Shown in pieces: positions 30,791 through 47,200 of a stretch of 64,000 nucleotides of DNA (positions are counted from its first letter, which is position 1; each line of letters starts with the position of its first letter). The position numbers and the translations under genes are program-made. Origin of the DNA: the human T2T-CHM13v2.0 reference genome, Homo sapiens. Location of the stretch: the NCBI RefSeq assembly GCF_009914755.1, contig NC_060938.1. One strand, written 5' to 3'. Below the pieces are notes generated by a model, which saw only the letters and a list, made by a program, of their open reading frames with translations, was not told where the DNA came from and made no database searches.

Positions 30791-31436
30791 AAGTATTCCC
30801 TCTTTATCTGTGGGGCATACTTTGGAAGGCCTCCAGTGGATGTCTTAAACCATGGATAATACCGAACCCTACATTAGCACTTACTACACACTGTGTCTGT
30901 GACTTTTGAAGTTTGAGGTACAAAAGCGAAACTAGCAAGAATTTATTTTTCCTTTTCCACAATTGTACCAATAAAGGAATAGTTCTTACCCTAGATGTTG
31001 GCAATCTCAGCATATCTTTTTCCTCATTAAGTGCAAAACTTTCTGCTTTTCAGTTACTGAAAGCACTTTCAGGTTTCTCTTTTGCATATCTGAATTGCCA
31101 GCATCAATACTATTGCATATTGAGACCATTACTAAGTAAAATAAGGGTTACTTGAACACAAACACTGCGATACTGAGATAGGTCCATCTGATAACTTAGA
31201 CAGCTGCAAGTGTCTAATGAGCAGGAAGCAGGAATTGTGTATCTGCTGAGCAAAGGGGTATGTCACATCCTGAACTGGATACAGCAGAATGGCGGGAGGT
31301 TGCATCACATTCCTCAGAACAAGGTGTGACTTAAAATTTATAAACTGTTTACTTCTGGAGTTTTATATTTCATATTTTTTGACTGTGGGTGACTGAAAGT
31401 GAGGAAAGTAAAGCCACAATAAGGGGATACTACTAT
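30791..31436. mobile_element. MER44/Tigger7-type DNA transposon
   Basis: Terminal inverted repeat remnants agtattccctctttatctgtgg ... ccacaataaggggatactact. Confidence 0.7.
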
Positions 31437-32237
31437 ATTATAAACATGCTCAAGGATTGAAATAAAAATAAAATTGAGCAAACAGATGTGAAGCCTCAGC
31501 AGAGATAAAAACTTTAAAAAAAATTCTAGTACTTAAAAATACAACATCTTACAGAAAAATTTCATCAGACTGAGAAGAGTCAGGAGAATAATTCCCAAAA
31601 TTAATTTTTAAAAAGTCAATCCATTTTTAATTTCTTCAAGTACTTTCTAGGATTTTAGGAAACCATATTGCTACTTAGAAAACTGGCAAATAAAAGAGTA
31701 ACTGATAAATAGAAAATGGTAAATAAAGGGAAAGGATCACGTATTTATTCTACCTTTTCACTACAAGCAGTACCTCATGGTAACCAAAGAGACAGTGAAG
31801 AAAAACTATCTACAAAAATTTTCTATTTAATCTATGAAAGAAGAATAATAGAATTAAAACAGCTCCATTTATTGATCTCTAATTTAATCAGTTTTGAAGG
31901 TTATCATTCCTTATGCTCTTGGTTTGGTTCAGCCAGGAAAACAGCCAATTAAGTATTATAGAAATAAACAGTTTAATATAAGAATTAGCGCTTACATTTA
32001 TGTGCATGTAAGCAAAAAAAATGAAAGTTTTTTTCTGCCTACAGAAAGTCAGAAACACAATCACAAATGACATCAGCTGAAAACACTGATATAGGAGCGA
32101 AAGCAGTAGCTCATCAAGGAGTCCAGGAAACTTCTGTATTCACCAGGATTATGAAGTACACGCTTGTGTGATGTCTATGATGGGCCTATATCTGGATACT
32201 AGAATTGCTGAGAAGAACCTTGTTAAAAAAAACTCTG

Positions 32238-32611
<374 letters not shown>

Positions 32612-32896
32612 TTAGAACATTTATAAGCTTAAATTTGAAATTTGGAAAATATTTTCTTTTAACCTGTATGAGTCTAAATATTTGCCTTTCCTTAATAATT
32701 GTGAAATTAGTACTCATCAAAGGGGTTGGCAATCATGGCGAGTGGCTATTAATGACTGATTTAAAAAATAATACTAATTGCATTCATTAATTCCTTTATA
32801 CATTTTTAAAAGTCCTCCAACATTTTTTCTTATTCTCGTTTGCTCATATTCTTCAGTATTCATATTCTGTGATCTGTATTTTGATCTTTTAAAATA

Positions 32897-33005
32897 CCTG
32901 TTGAGTATCCCTTGTCCAAAATGCAGGGAACCAGAAGTATTTTGGATTTGGGATTTTTTTCAGATATTGGAATATTTGCATTATACTTACCAGTAGAGCA
33001 TACCT
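32897..33005 (+). mobile_element. Tigger4a/MER46A partial copy
   Basis: gttgagtatcccttgtccaaaatg...gaatatttgcattatacttaccag. Confidence 0.8.
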
Positions 33006-34336
33006 ATTCTCCTTTGCAACAGAGTGCTAATATTCTCTTCTGTCTTTTTGTTTTGCATGGTAGTCTATTTCCATCTTCTTCTGGAAGTTAACATCTATGC
33101 CAGCAACATTTCTCTAAATTTGTCCTCATTTTTCATGTTTCCTTCTTCAAAGATCTCTTGAGATTTTTGGTTTCTATGCCCCACTTAATTTTTCTTTAGA
33201 ATCTTTAACTAGTTATCCAGTCCCAAGAAACCCATCAAACTTCAGATGTCTTTACTGACAAATGGACATTGCATTTCTCATTGATTTTACTGATCTCTGG
33301 GGAGGCGTGCTCCCTGAAGGCAGCACTTTTCTTCCAGTGAAAAAGGCACAGTTAGGCAATATGGGAAAGGCATTTCTGAATTTCAGGACCAGTCCTAAAA
33401 TTGAGTTTGGGTCAGTTCTCTCTAGAAAATATTCTATTTTATTTACAAAGCAAAATTATTTTATTCCTTACAATAATATCAGAGACAGTTTCGCTACTAT
33501 TTACATTCAGTCTTTTGCCCTAAGTCAAATAATCAACTCTGGGAGGAGGAGATCTTTGAAATAAATTTATTCTGTACCTTATGGACAGACACAAATTCTC
33601 TGGAGGCCTTCAGTTATATCTCCCTAAGAACTGTGAGGGAAGCTAATAGGCAACTGACTTCAAAAAATTTTGTTCTATTTTTTTGAAAACTCGACTCATT
33701 TATGCTCTCCAGTGTCATATCTCCATACTGCTCTGTGTTTTACTTCTGAATCAATCTTCCCTCCCTCCCAAATATTTTCAATGTGACTTCTGGAAACCTC
33801 ATTAGAGGACATTGACTCCATTTCTTTGCTTTAATTAAAATTCAGCTATCTATATGGGGACAATGCTTCCCTTGACATGTGCTCCACTGAAGGCTAGTCA
33901 TTTTCCCAAAGGCTAAGGTGTCATAGAATTTATTTAATAGAAGTGGGTTGGCATAATTTTAGCTCCATATTTTCTATTCCCAACCACTATTCCTCTATTT
34001 TAATACAAAAGCCCCTTCTTTACTGTCTATCCATCTAACTATAATGTCTTCTAACTATAATGTCTTCTAACAACTGCCACATTTATTCCAGAACTTCCTC
34101 TACACCCAAGCAGCATCATTTTCTCATTTGGCCTCCCTTTCACACTCATGTGGTTGGCTCATTTAACACCTTAACCTCATAGGTTCTTTGTTTCCTCAGC
34201 TCTGAGACTTTTTCTTGAATTCAGCCTTCCACTGCCTATGTCTTAGACATTTTTTAATGGCCTCAACTGTTCCATGTAAGTATCCATAAGCTTAAATATC
34301 CATATTCTCTTACCCTTATTTTGATCTTTTAAAATA

Positions 34337-34545
34337 CTTGTTGAGTATCCCTTATCGAAAATGCGTGGGACCAGAAGTATTTTGGATTTTGGATATTTTT
34401 CAGATTTTGGAATATTTGCATTATACTTACCAGTTGAGTATCCTTAATTTGAAAATCTGAAATCTGAAATGCTCCAATGAACATTTCCTTTGAGCATCAT
34501 GTAAGTGCTCAAAACTTTCAGATTTTGAAGCATTTCAGATTCAGT
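34337..34545 (+). mobile_element. Tigger4a/MER46A near-complete copy
   Basis: gttgagtatcccttatcgaaaatg...aaatgctccaatgaacatttcctttgagcatcatg. Confidence 0.85.
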
Positions 34546-34646
34546 AACAGTGTGCAGTTGTGATAAACAAATTATATATGGAACTGACGTGATCCTACAA
34601 CATAAACTCTTTGAGAACTGAGGCTGTGCATTTTTTAGATTAGTAG

Positions 34647-35045
<399 letters not shown>

Positions 35046-35942
35046 TAATGAGACTCTACTATCAGTAGAAGGATGCTTGGATTATCACGTGCAACACTTT
35101 ATAGCCTATCTTGACTTTTCTCCCAAACTTCATAGAAGAAAAGATGGGATTTTCTGACTCTTTTTAACTTCCTAGGACTAGAGAGCCAGGAAGACAGAAA
35201 AAAGGGGCAAAAGGGGCCCTACTTTTAACTTGGTACAAAGTTTATAATGGGAACATAATAGTTCCAGAAAGCGGAAGAGAAAATCTTATTAAAGAAACCA
35301 AGGCAGGGAGCTTCATTAACATTCTGCTCTTGAACTCATGCTTTTATTAGATACTTATGTGTAGGGCTATTCTGAGGACCTGCTATTCATTTTTTCCAAT
35401 AATTCATATTTTAATGTATTTAGATAGGTAATTTACATGACATTATTTTTAGAAATCATGACCTATTTCAACCTGTCATTGTTATCTATGGCTTAATTTC
35501 TGTGAAAAGCAATGAAGTCTCTCTGCAATATAGCTATGATGATCTCTAATTTTGTAGTTCTCTAATTTGTTCACACATTTAGAATGACCTTTTATGCCTT
35601 TCCAACTATGGCATCTTCTATTGTTATATGATTCGGGTTCAAATGTTCACCAATATATAGTGCTTGAAATGCGTATTAAAAAAGTATGAACAAGGGAGAA
35701 TAGAAGTTGATACAGAAGCAGTAATACACAGTGTTCTCAAACAATCCACCTAAGTTGCCATTTCTAGTTTCATATCTCATAATTCAAAATCCTGGGGAGC
35801 TGCCACTGAATCATTTCTTCTCCTAATCATAAATACCTAGACCCAATACACCAGGGAATACCAGGATCTTGAAAAAGATGAAAGAATGGAATAAAAAATT
35901 AGCCTCAGGAAAGCAGCCTAAATATATTTGAAGATGACAGAT

Positions 35943-35981
35943 TGGTAGGTAAGTAGGTAGGTAGATAGATAGATAGATACC

Positions 35982-36013
<32 letters not shown>

Positions 36014-36022
36014 TAGATAGAT
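35943..36022. repeat. Compound tetranucleotide STR (TAGG)n(TAGA)n(CAGA)n(TAGA)n
   Basis: Directly visible. Confidence 0.95.
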
Positions 36023-36732
36023 ATTCCAAGACTATAAAACTATGAACCAATTTTTAAAATCGTATAATCTTCTAATATTATGCTGAGCTGTGATCATCTG
36101 CTTATATAAAATTCAAGACACATTCAAAGAGATCCTTCAGTGATAATTTTTTAATCAGAAGGGAAAAGTTTTAGATGCTACTTGAGAAAAGGACAAAGTA
36201 TAGGTTGAGTTTCTCTTTTTTGCCAGTTGTTATTACTTAATTACACTATCTTTCTGGCCATAAAATGAACAAAAGGATTCATTCACTTGTCTCATTAGGT
36301 ATTAAGCATCAGTTGTCGATTCATTCATTTCACACATTTCACTAGTGACACTGAATACTGCAGAGCCAAAGATGAAAGGGGAAGCAATTCCAGGCCGATG
36401 AGAAGATGCACGATTGCCATTCAGGTACTGACGGCTGCAATGGGGGAAGGGTGGTGAGAGCACTAATGAATTCTTGCTATGTTCTGGTCATTGTCTCATC
36501 CTAATAACAGCTCCCTGGAAAAGGTACTATTAATCCCTAAAGAAACTAAAATTCGGAGAGATTAAATGACTTTCCCAAAATCACAAAACCAATATGAAAT
36601 AGAGCCATAAATCCAATTCAGGCCTGTCTCATATCACAATTATTTTCTATCTGCTATGCCAAGTGGCATCCTTGAGTTTTGCAAGATGCCCTCAGTGCCA
36701 AGGCATGAGCCCTTACCAGGGAAACTTACTTA

Positions 36733-37136
<404 letters not shown>

Positions 37137-40100
37137 AAAGAAATTTTCATGGAGAGGGGACAGATGGAGTCAATTCTTGTGGGGTGAACATGAGTACCAC
37201 AGTTAGACTGAGGTTGGGAAAGATTTTCCAGACAATTGGAAGAGCATGTGAAAGACACAGATTTTGAGAAATGTTAAGTCTAGGGAACTGCAAGGCTTTT
37301 GGCACAAGAAAGCCACTGTAGACTATAGAAGCAGGATGCCTAGATTCAAATCCCAACTGCTACACTTCTAAGCTTTGTAATTTTGGCAAGTTTTTACCCT
37401 CTATTTTCTTATCTATAAAATATAGATTTTATATATATAGATATAGATATATAGATAGATAATAATTGTGCATGCCTAATAAAGTTGTCAAAGATTAAAT
37501 GTTATATGTGAAGTATTTTGTACGGTGATAGGAACCCAGGAAGGGCTCTATGAATATTATATATTATTATTATTCTAAAGTAGCTGGAATACAATGTTCA
37601 AAGGAGATAGTGGCAGGAGATAAGTTTGAATTGAAAGATTGAGGCCAGAACATAAAGTGCCTCCTATATTATATTTTACATAATTGGAACATCATTGAAA
37701 AATTTAAGTATTATTTATGTGTGTATGTGTGTTTTATATAATTAATTCTAGTTCATTATTTTAAAATATCTTTCTGATGTCACTGTGAACAACAGATGAG
37801 AAGAAGTGAATCCTGAGTTAAGGAGACCAGCTCTCTGATTACTGCCATAATCCAGGGAGGGTACCATAAGGATTTCAACTGGAAGTGAATCCATCATGAT
37901 GGAGAGGAAGGACAGGGCTGAAAAATACTTAGGAAGTAGTATCAGTAGGACTGGTTAAGAGAGAGCAGAGGCAGGCTACAGGGGTTGGAGGTGTCAATCA
38001 CAGAGATAGGGAAAATGGGAGGAGAAGCAGGCTTTGAAAAAGTGGCTTGTCTTGTAAAATTATGTGCTGTTAAAACAGTACAAGAAATTAATATATTCAA
38101 TTCCAAAATACAGGTACAATTCTTTTTGAAAGAGTTACCCAGATAATCTTCCTTGAAGTTTTCAGTTAAAGAAATTTCTTGTTAACAAGTAATGTAGTCA
38201 TAGAAGAAAACACTTAAAACTTTATTGAATAAAGCTAATAAATCATTTAATATAATTTATAGGAAATTGTTACATAACACACACATTCAATACTTTTTGC
38301 TAAAGTATAAATTAATGGAAGGAGAGCACACACACAGAGGTTGAATTATGTTTATGACTTTATTAGTCAGGAATACAAAATTGAGTAGCTACATCAAGCA
38401 GAAGCACATGCTTTACAATCCAGCACAGAATCCCTTGACATCCAAACTCCCGAAACAGACATGTAAATACAGATGACATTGTCAGAACAAAATAGGGTCT
38501 CACCCGACCTATAATGTTCTTTTCTTGATATAAATATGCACATGAATTGCATACGGTCATATGGTTCCAATTACCATTATTTCCTCTGGGCTTAGCTATC
38601 CATCTAAGGGGAATTTACACCAACACTGTACTTCTACTTGCAAGAATATATGAAAGCATAGTTAACTTCTGGCTTAGGACCCCAACTCAGGATCAACAAA
38701 GCAGTGCTCTTGGGGGAAGCCCATTTTGCTACAATTTAAAGTCATTAGAAGCATTAAATAAAAGCTAAGAACTTGAAATCAAGTGTGTTATAATGTAGTT
38801 AGGGAATTAGATTTCAGGTGTTTATTTTTAACACAAATCCATTAATTCTGACACCTAAGGCAAATGCTAGTCAACATGAATGGAGAAACTTTTGATTAGT
38901 GGTATATGTTTTCAGATTTCTGGAACAGTCATAGACTCTTCAATGTCTTATGACTGAAATTTTTTAAACCACTGTTTTCTCTAGAAACTAATGAAACTCA
39001 TCATAAACTCATTTTTCAATATTAAAACATAGTCATAAGTAGAATATTAATCTTATATTAATTAAGATGTTAACATATGTGAAATTTAATACTTCCTTTA
39101 AGGTATGAACACTTATCCAATTCATAATTTCAATGAAAGGAGATGTCTAAAAGAGACTTTTAATTCTTCAACCGCAAGGACTACACAGAGCAGTTTCAGC
39201 ACCAGGGATAGTTTTCTTCCTGGATAACAGCGAATGCTCTAATACTGATGAGTAAATCCTGTGTGTCTAACTTCAAATTAATTGTTAGGTTTATATGAAT
39301 GAGTATAACATGATAGTTAGGAGCATAGGCACAAAGGAAACATTCAAATTTGTTGTTGTTGTCCTTGCTATTATTCTTGTTGTATGTGAGGCTGATATGA
39401 TAAAAGATACTGATTTAGGTCAAGTACACATATTACTTGTGGAAAATTAATAACTCTAATTAAATATTTCTTGTTTCATACACATTAATTTTAAATACAG
39501 CCCAACAGTGGGCCACTATTTCTCAATACAAGAAAATAATACACAAGAATCATGAAGTTCTTCAATCAAACTTAAATAATCCTTATTGCAAACATAAAAC
39601 ATAAAGAAAACACATTTTTAAAGAAATATTATCTTTCCAAACATAGCCATATAATTCCTCTGTATTAGAATTTTTCACAGGAATTCTAACTAGTATATTT
39701 TTTGTACATGCTTTAAAGAATAAAAAAATTTGAACTGTTGACCAAATGTGATATATTATATACTATTGTGTGTATTTTAAAGTGAGGGTAAAAAAAGACA
39801 CCAAAGCCTCTGGGAAGGTAAACTATAAATTGACTTACAGAATTAATTAATTAGGAAGTTAAACTATAATTAACTTACAGAACTTACCAAGAAGTGTTAA
39901 TGCCTACCCTAGGAATGACTATAAACCTATTAGTTAGAATTTCCGTATATCTCAGTTTTTAATATGTAATTGTTTTAAAAAATTTGGCCAATTTGAAAAA
40001 AACAATTAATATGTAAATGAATATATCTACATTAATACATATTCTTTATTAATTCTTTATTAGCTACTAATCTGGGTTCTGTACAATTTTGTATCTGGCC

Positions 40101-41364
40101 ATTCATTTGTTTTATATGCCAGTAACAAATATACAATTTTTTGATACCACCAATACCAATATATTTTTAATGGATGGAGCCATCTCTATGCTGATATATC
40201 ACGGTTACTACACCAATTTATAGTTAAGAGATATCCAAATGTGGTGTTGGACCCAGGAAACTAATACTTATAAACCCAGTCACCAGGAATGCATGGTTGA
40301 ATGGCCAAAATTCAGGAAATGTACAGGTGGATAAACCAATGATCCATTAACCTAACAGTATAATGGTTCCCAAGAACCAAGGGGAACAAAATTGGTTGGA
40401 GAAGAAATAGAAGATACTTGCAGAAAAAAAACCAACTTGCTGCTAAGGCCAGGTTCCTTACTGGCATGCCACCCCTCCATCCTGGGGGTAGCCAGTCCTG
40501 AGTGAGCCTCCCTGAGGTTCGCTGGTAGTCACTACACATGTCTAGCTAGTGGCATTCCTTGGTCAGTTTTGAATGTAGAGATAGAAAGCAAACAAACAGT
40601 TACCTAAAGACAGTAATTCTCTCCCATCCACAGGAGGGTTTTGCCTAGCTTTCACATGCATGTTGCTACAGTACAATTGATTCATTAATTAACTTTAGCC
40701 AATTACTTAGTAAACTCAGGTCAACAAGAAAGGAGGCAATGCTTTCATTCATAGCTGAAACCATACACACTGAGGATCTAATAATGAGTGCATACATCGA
40801 CGATTGAGTTTTTTTACTTTCAAAATATTTTGTGGTATCATGAAAACATGCCATAAGTCCCAAGGGAAATTTGTCTAGAGATTTGATGAAGCTTTATCTT
40901 GCTGTCCAATTAGAAAATGAATGACTGGAAAGATTCTTCTAAAAACTGGCTAAGATATTTATTGCCAGAATTTTCTTGAGGAGAAAGTGTTGGTTCGGCT
41001 CCACCTACATTCCCTTACCTCAATCATGTAATCCTGAGCACCTGCTCCTCAAGAGTGAATGCTTTCCTTCAAAGGATCCTTATACATACACTGGAGCTGA
41101 TGCACAAAACTGCCTTGCTGCATTTTTGAAGATCTCAAATTTGGCCTCTCATTTACATTATCCTTCTTTTTGTTCATCACATTTCCAGATTCCTGACTGT
41201 TTACCAAACTTTATATTGCCTTCCTATTCTGTTCTTGAGGATCCATGGTCACTGCAACTGTCTTTTCAGGTTTGACCCGACTGTGGCTTGTATGACTAGA
41301 TTTGATTCCTTGCCATTTGATTCCTGACCACTAGCTCTGGGTGTGGAACCTGCCTAGCTCCGAT

Positions 41365-41669
41365 GTTTGTTTTTTGTTTTTTTTTTTTTTTTTTTTTGAG
41401 ACGGAGTCTTGCTCTGTTGTCCAGGCTGGAGTGGTGCAGTGGCCACTGCAACCTCTGCCTCCCGGGTTCAAGCGATTCACCTGCCTCAGCCTCCCGAGTA
41501 GCGGGGATTGCAGGCATGCACCACCACGCTCGGCTGATTTTTGTATTTTTAGTAGAGACGGGATTTCCCCATGTTGGCCAGGCTGGTCTCGAACTTCCTA
41601 CCTCAGGTGATCCGCCCGCCTCGGCCTCCCAAACTGCTGGGATTACAGGCGTGAGCCACCATGCCTGAC
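41365..41669 (-). mobile_element. AluS with TSD
   Basis: Antisense dimer flanked by cctgcctagctcc on both sides. Confidence 0.95.
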
Positions 41670-42609
41670 CCTGCCTAGCTCCTTTTAATATCCCCCACAA
41701 CTTGTCACACACTTTATCCAAACCAGTTCCCTGCTCTGAGTCTATAGCCATGACTCACTACTGCCTGTATTTCCAGATGACTGGAATTACTGCTCCATTC
41801 CAGACTGCTGCCAGAATTAATGCTATTGCTTTCTCTGTAATACTTTGTACTTTTCAAAGGATCATAATTTATCTCATTTGTGCTTACAACCCCTTTCTAT
41901 AATGAGAGCTGTTCATTCCTATGCTCTCATTCCTATTTCATTGGCAAGAAAATCAAGACTCCAAGAGGCCAAATAATTTACTTAACACAACAATGATGGT
42001 TTAATACTTTGAATGCTAGTTTTGAGGACCTTATTATTCCCCCAAAATCATGTTTTAGGGAATTTAACAGTCCTTTAGAGGAATGATTTTATTCTGACTT
42101 TAAAACCTTTTGTTTTTCTTCCTTTAATATGTGACATTGCCTTGTAATGTAAGTAATCTGTATCAAACTATTGAATGTATTGAATTTTTACCTTTAAGTT
42201 ATTTCCTCCTTTCTTTCCTTAATTGAGACATTTATCAAGTATTTACCATGTATCAATCAATGAGCATAGCTTATTGCTGCAGAGTTTATTTATAAGCTAT
42301 AGTCCCTGCCTTCAAGTAGTGCTAAGGTAGTCAGGAAAAAATTGTATAACAAATTACTACAAGACTATATTTTTTTCATAAAAATAAATACCATAAAAAA
42401 GTATCATTTTCTGAAATCATATTGTTTATATACATTTTACTAGTTTATTGTCTGTGACCTGTATTAGAACATAAGCTATATGAGGACAGGGACTTTGTTT
42501 CATTTACCGCTACATTTCCTGTACCTTGAAACTACACATGGCTTGCAAAATACATTCAATAGATAGGTGTAGTAAGGAATAAAATGTTAGTTCTCCTTTA
42601 GGCTTTTAA

Positions 42610-42757
42610 GGGCGCCTGTAGTCCCAGCTACTCGGGAGGCTGAGGCAGGAGAATGGCGTGAACCCCGGGGAGCGGAGCCTGCAGCGAGCCGAGATCGCGC
42701 CACTGCACTCCAGCCTGGGTGACAGAGCGAGACTCCGTCTCAAAAAAAAAAAAAAAA
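42610..42757 (+). mobile_element. AluY right arm only
   Basis: AluY diagnostic agaatggcgtgaacc and retained CpGs; left arm absent. Confidence 0.9.
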
Positions 42758-44296
42758 TCTCTTATGTTTCTAGTGAATGAAGACTGTTTATTAGATACCA
42801 CATGAGTGGCACTCATTGCATAATCGGTTAGTAGATTTACTTTTACATCTATCTTTTGAGTGGTCCCAGCAATAATTAGTGAAACATAGTGTAAGAACCA
42901 ACCATTACCCTTGTTTTATAAATGACGAAACATACTCCAAGATTATGTGAATGGAAAAGGAAACATGGGAAAATCATATTTCTGAACATGATTTGTCCAA
43001 TTATAGGTTTTGCTTTAGGAAGACTCACTATTAAATGTGTGTGAATGTGTGTGTGCATGTGTGTGTATGTTTTTATTATAATAGTATATGTGCTCATTGC
43101 AAATCATTTAAAAATACATGTGAAGAAGAAATGGAAAGTCGCCAGTAATCTCATTGCTCCATGGTCACTATTGTAAATATTTGACATTTGTTAAATCTAT
43201 TATTTATGTCCTGTATTCAAAGTAGTGTGGAGGTAGGCAAGATCACTGGACTAGTCAGGAAATTTGAATATTCTACCTGTCTGTTACCTTAGTTTTTGAC
43301 CTTGGTGTAGGGATTCCATGATTACCAACATTTAATTTTTAAAATTATTTCTTACCTTACCTTCTTCTCCAGTTTCTACTGTTATTTCTATTAAATAAAT
43401 ATGACTTTGTTTTCCAGTGAGATATGATACGTGATACTTTTTGAAATATTAAAAGTCACTTAAACAGTATCCATTTGTCTCTATAAAAGCCTAGCTAGGC
43501 TCTCCATGAAGGGAGCAATTCAAATAGATGGTTTGTAACATCTTTTTCAGTTTTAAAATGTGGATACTCTGATTCCATTGCACATTGATATATGAACTCA
43601 TTCTTCCTTACGATTATTCCCCAAGTGGTAATTATTTTGCTTCTAGACCAGCAAGCTAATATCTCAAAAACTCTTACATGTAAATGTAGTTGTTTAAAAA
43701 TATTTATGCTGTGTAATGTCAGTAATTTATGAGTTACAGACATGATATCCATTATATTTTTGCCTAATAATTCATTTTTAGGAAAAACTAAGAATAAAGT
43801 TATTCTTTGTATTTTTACTAATCTTTTCCCAACCAAGTGTTACTGAAACTGTCATCCCAAAGTCTTTTTACCTTTTAAGGTTCTCACTTTTGAGGCTGAG
43901 AACTATGAAGCTAGTATTCAAATTTGCATTCATTGTTGTAATTTCTGGCAGTATGTCCAATTTAATTCTACTGTTAGGTGCTTGTTTGTTGTACTTATGA
44001 AGAACTAAGGATTTTCTAGTAGCCCAGAGTTATGTTATTTTTTGCTTAGTGACAATTTTTACAAGAGACCTTATTATAATGAAACCAATGAAATGCATCA
44101 CAGTACCTTTTTCAGAGTGCCAGTGGCTTATGAGATATTTTTTGATGTAAACTTGTTAAAGCCATGTAACTAACCAAGCTTATATCCTTACTGTAGAACT
44201 AGAGACATATTATAAATATTTATAACGAACAAAATTGGGGTAAGAATCCCTCATTTGTTCTATTTTTTGGTCAGTCAATAAATATATTTTTAAAAA

Positions 44297-47200
44297 TTTG
44301 TGTCTGTGACTGGTTTTGGTAACAGGGTAATACTGGCCTCATAGAATGAGTTTGGAAGTATTCCTTCCTCCTCTATTTGGAAGGATGCCCTTCTCTTCTA
44401 TTTTTCAGAATAGTTTGAGTGGGATTAATATTAGTTCTTTAAATGTTTGGTTAGAATTCAACAGTGAAGCTATCATTTCCCAGACTTTTCTTTACTGGGA
44501 GACTTTTATTACAACTTCAGTCTTGTAACTTGTTATTAGTCTGTTCAGGTTTTGGATTTCTTCCTGGTTCAATCTTGGTAGTTTTATGTCTGTAGCAATT
44601 CATAAATTTCTTCTAGATTTCCCAACTAATTTGCATGTAGTTGCCCACAGTAGCTGATAATGATCCTTTGAACTTTTGCAGTATCAGTGGTAATGTCTCC
44701 TTTTTTATTTCTGATTTTCTTTATTTGGATCTTCTCTCTTAGTCTGGCTAAAGATTTGTCAATTTTCGTTAGCTTTCCAAAAAATAAACTTTTCATTTCT
44801 TTGATCTTTTGTATTTTTTTATTTCAATTTTATGTATTTCTGCTCTGATCTTTATTATTTCTTTTCTTCTGTTGATTTTGGATTTGGTGTGCTCTTGATA
44901 CTTCAGTCCTTTAAGATGCAGCATTTGATTGTCTATTTGATATTTTTCCTCTTTTTTGATATTGGCACTTATAAACATCCCTCTTAGTACAACTTTTCTT
45001 GTATCCCTTAGATTTTGGTATGTTGTGTTCCTATTATTATTTGTTTCAAGAAATTTTTCAATTTCCTTCTTAATTTCTTCATTGACCCACTTGTCATTCA
45101 GGAGCGTATTGTTTGATTTCCATGTCTCTGTATAGTTTCTGAAACTTCTCTTGGTATTTCTAGTTTTATTCCATTGTTGTCAGAGAAGATGCTTTATATT
45201 ATTTCATTTTTTTGGAATGTTTCAAGATTTGTTTTGTGACCTAACATATGGTCTGTCTTTTCAACTGATCCATGTGCTAAGGAAAATAATGTGTATTCTG
45301 CAGCTTCTGGATGAAATGTTCTGTAAATATCTATTAGCTCAATTTGGTCTGTCGTGAAGATTAATTCTGATGTTTCTTTGTTTTCTTTCTGGAAGATGTG
45401 TCCAATGCTGAAAGTGAGGTTTTGAAGTCTGCAGATATTATGGAGCCTATAGCTGTCTTCAGCTGTAGTAATATTTCCTTTATATATCTGGGTGCTCCAG
45501 TGTTGGGTGAATATATATTGAAATTATTATATCATCTTGCTTAATTGACCCCCTTATCTTTATATAGTGACCTTCTTTGTCTCTTTTTATAGTTAGTTTT
45601 TGTCTTGAAATTTCTTTTGTCTGATATAAGTGTAGTGACTTTTGCTCTTTTTTTTGTTTTTCTTTGGCATGGGATAACTTTTTTCCATCTGTTTGTTTTC
45701 AGTCTTTGTGTGTCTCTATAGGTGAAGTGTGTTTCTTTTAGGCAACAGATCAATTGGTCTTGTCTTTTCATCCTTTTAGTCTGTGTCTTTTGATTGGAGA
45801 GTTTAGTGTATTTACATTCACTGTTATTATTAAGTAAGGATCTACTCTTGCCATTTTGTTTTTGGTTTTCTGGTTGTTTTGTGGTCTTCTTTCTTGCATT
45901 CTTGTCTTCCTCTAGTGAAGATGATTTTCTCTGGTGATTTAGTTTCTTGATTTTTATTTTTTTGTGTGTCCATTGTATGTTTTTTGGTTTGAGGTTACCA
46001 TGAGCCTTGCAAATGCTATCTTATCACTCATTATTTTAACCTGATAACATGACACTATTTGCATAAGCAAACAAACAAGCAAAAAGAAAACTAGTAGAAA
46101 CTTGCCTTAACTTCATTTCCTTGCTTTTTAACTTTTTGTCGTTTCTGTTTATATCTTCTACTGCCTATGTCTTGAAAAGTTGTTGTAGTTATTATTGTTG
46201 TTTAATTCATCATTTAGTCTTTCTACCTAGGATAAGAGTAGTTTGCAAACCACAGTAACAGTGTTTATAATATTCTGTATTTTTCTGTGTACTTATATTA
46301 CCAGTAAGTTTTGTATTTTCAGGTGATCATTTATTGCTCATTAATGCCCTTTTCTTTCTGATTGGAGTGCCCCCTTTAGCATTCCTTGTAGGACAGGTCT
46401 GCTGTTGTTGAAATCCCTTAGCTTTTATTTGTTTGGGAAAGTCTTTATTTCCTCTTCATGGTCAAATGATATTTTCACTGGATATGTTATTCTAGGGTAA
46501 AAGTTTTTTTCCCTCAGCAATGTAAATATGTCATGCCACTGTCTCCTGGCATATAAGGTTTTCACTGAAAAGTCTGCTGCCAGATGTATTGGGGCTCCTT
46601 TGTATGTTATTGTTTCTTTTCTCTTGCAGCTTTTAGGATTCTTATTTTATTCTTGACCTTTGGGCGTTTGATTATTAAATGTCTTGAGGTAGTCTTCTTT
46701 GGGTTAAATCTGCTTGGTATTCTATAACTTTCTTGTATTTGGATATTTTCTCTAGATTTGGGTAGTTCTCTGTTATTTGAAGGTTTACTCAAAATAAACT
46801 TTCTCACCCTGTTCTCTACCTCTTTTTCAAGGCCAATACCTCTTAGATTTGCCCTTTTGAGGCTATTCTCTAGATCATGTAAGCATGTGTCATTGGTTTT
46901 TATTCTTTTTTCTCCTCTGTGTGTTTTCAAATAGCCTTTCTTCAGAAGCTCATTAATTCTTTCCTCTGCTTGATCCAATTTGCTCTTGAAGGACTTGATG
47001 AATTCTTAAGTATGCCAATTGCATTTTTGAGCTCCAGAATTTCTGCTCGATTTTTTAAAATTATTTCAATATCTTTGTTAAATTTATCTGATAGAATTCT
47101 GAATCCCTTCTCTGTGTTATCTTGAATTTCTTTGAGTTTCCTCAACGCAGCTATTTTGAATTCTCCATGTGAAAGGTCACATATCTTTGTTTCTCGAGGA

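Noticed and set aside
31880-31890. TAATTTAATCA matching the DUX4 binding consensus
   Set aside because: A single degenerate 11-mer in AT-rich DNA; compatible with chance over 64 kb
34034-34071. 17-bp tandem duplication (and a similar short direct repeat at ~39819-39884)
   Set aside because: Two copies only, no spacer array; ordinary slippage, not CRISPR-like
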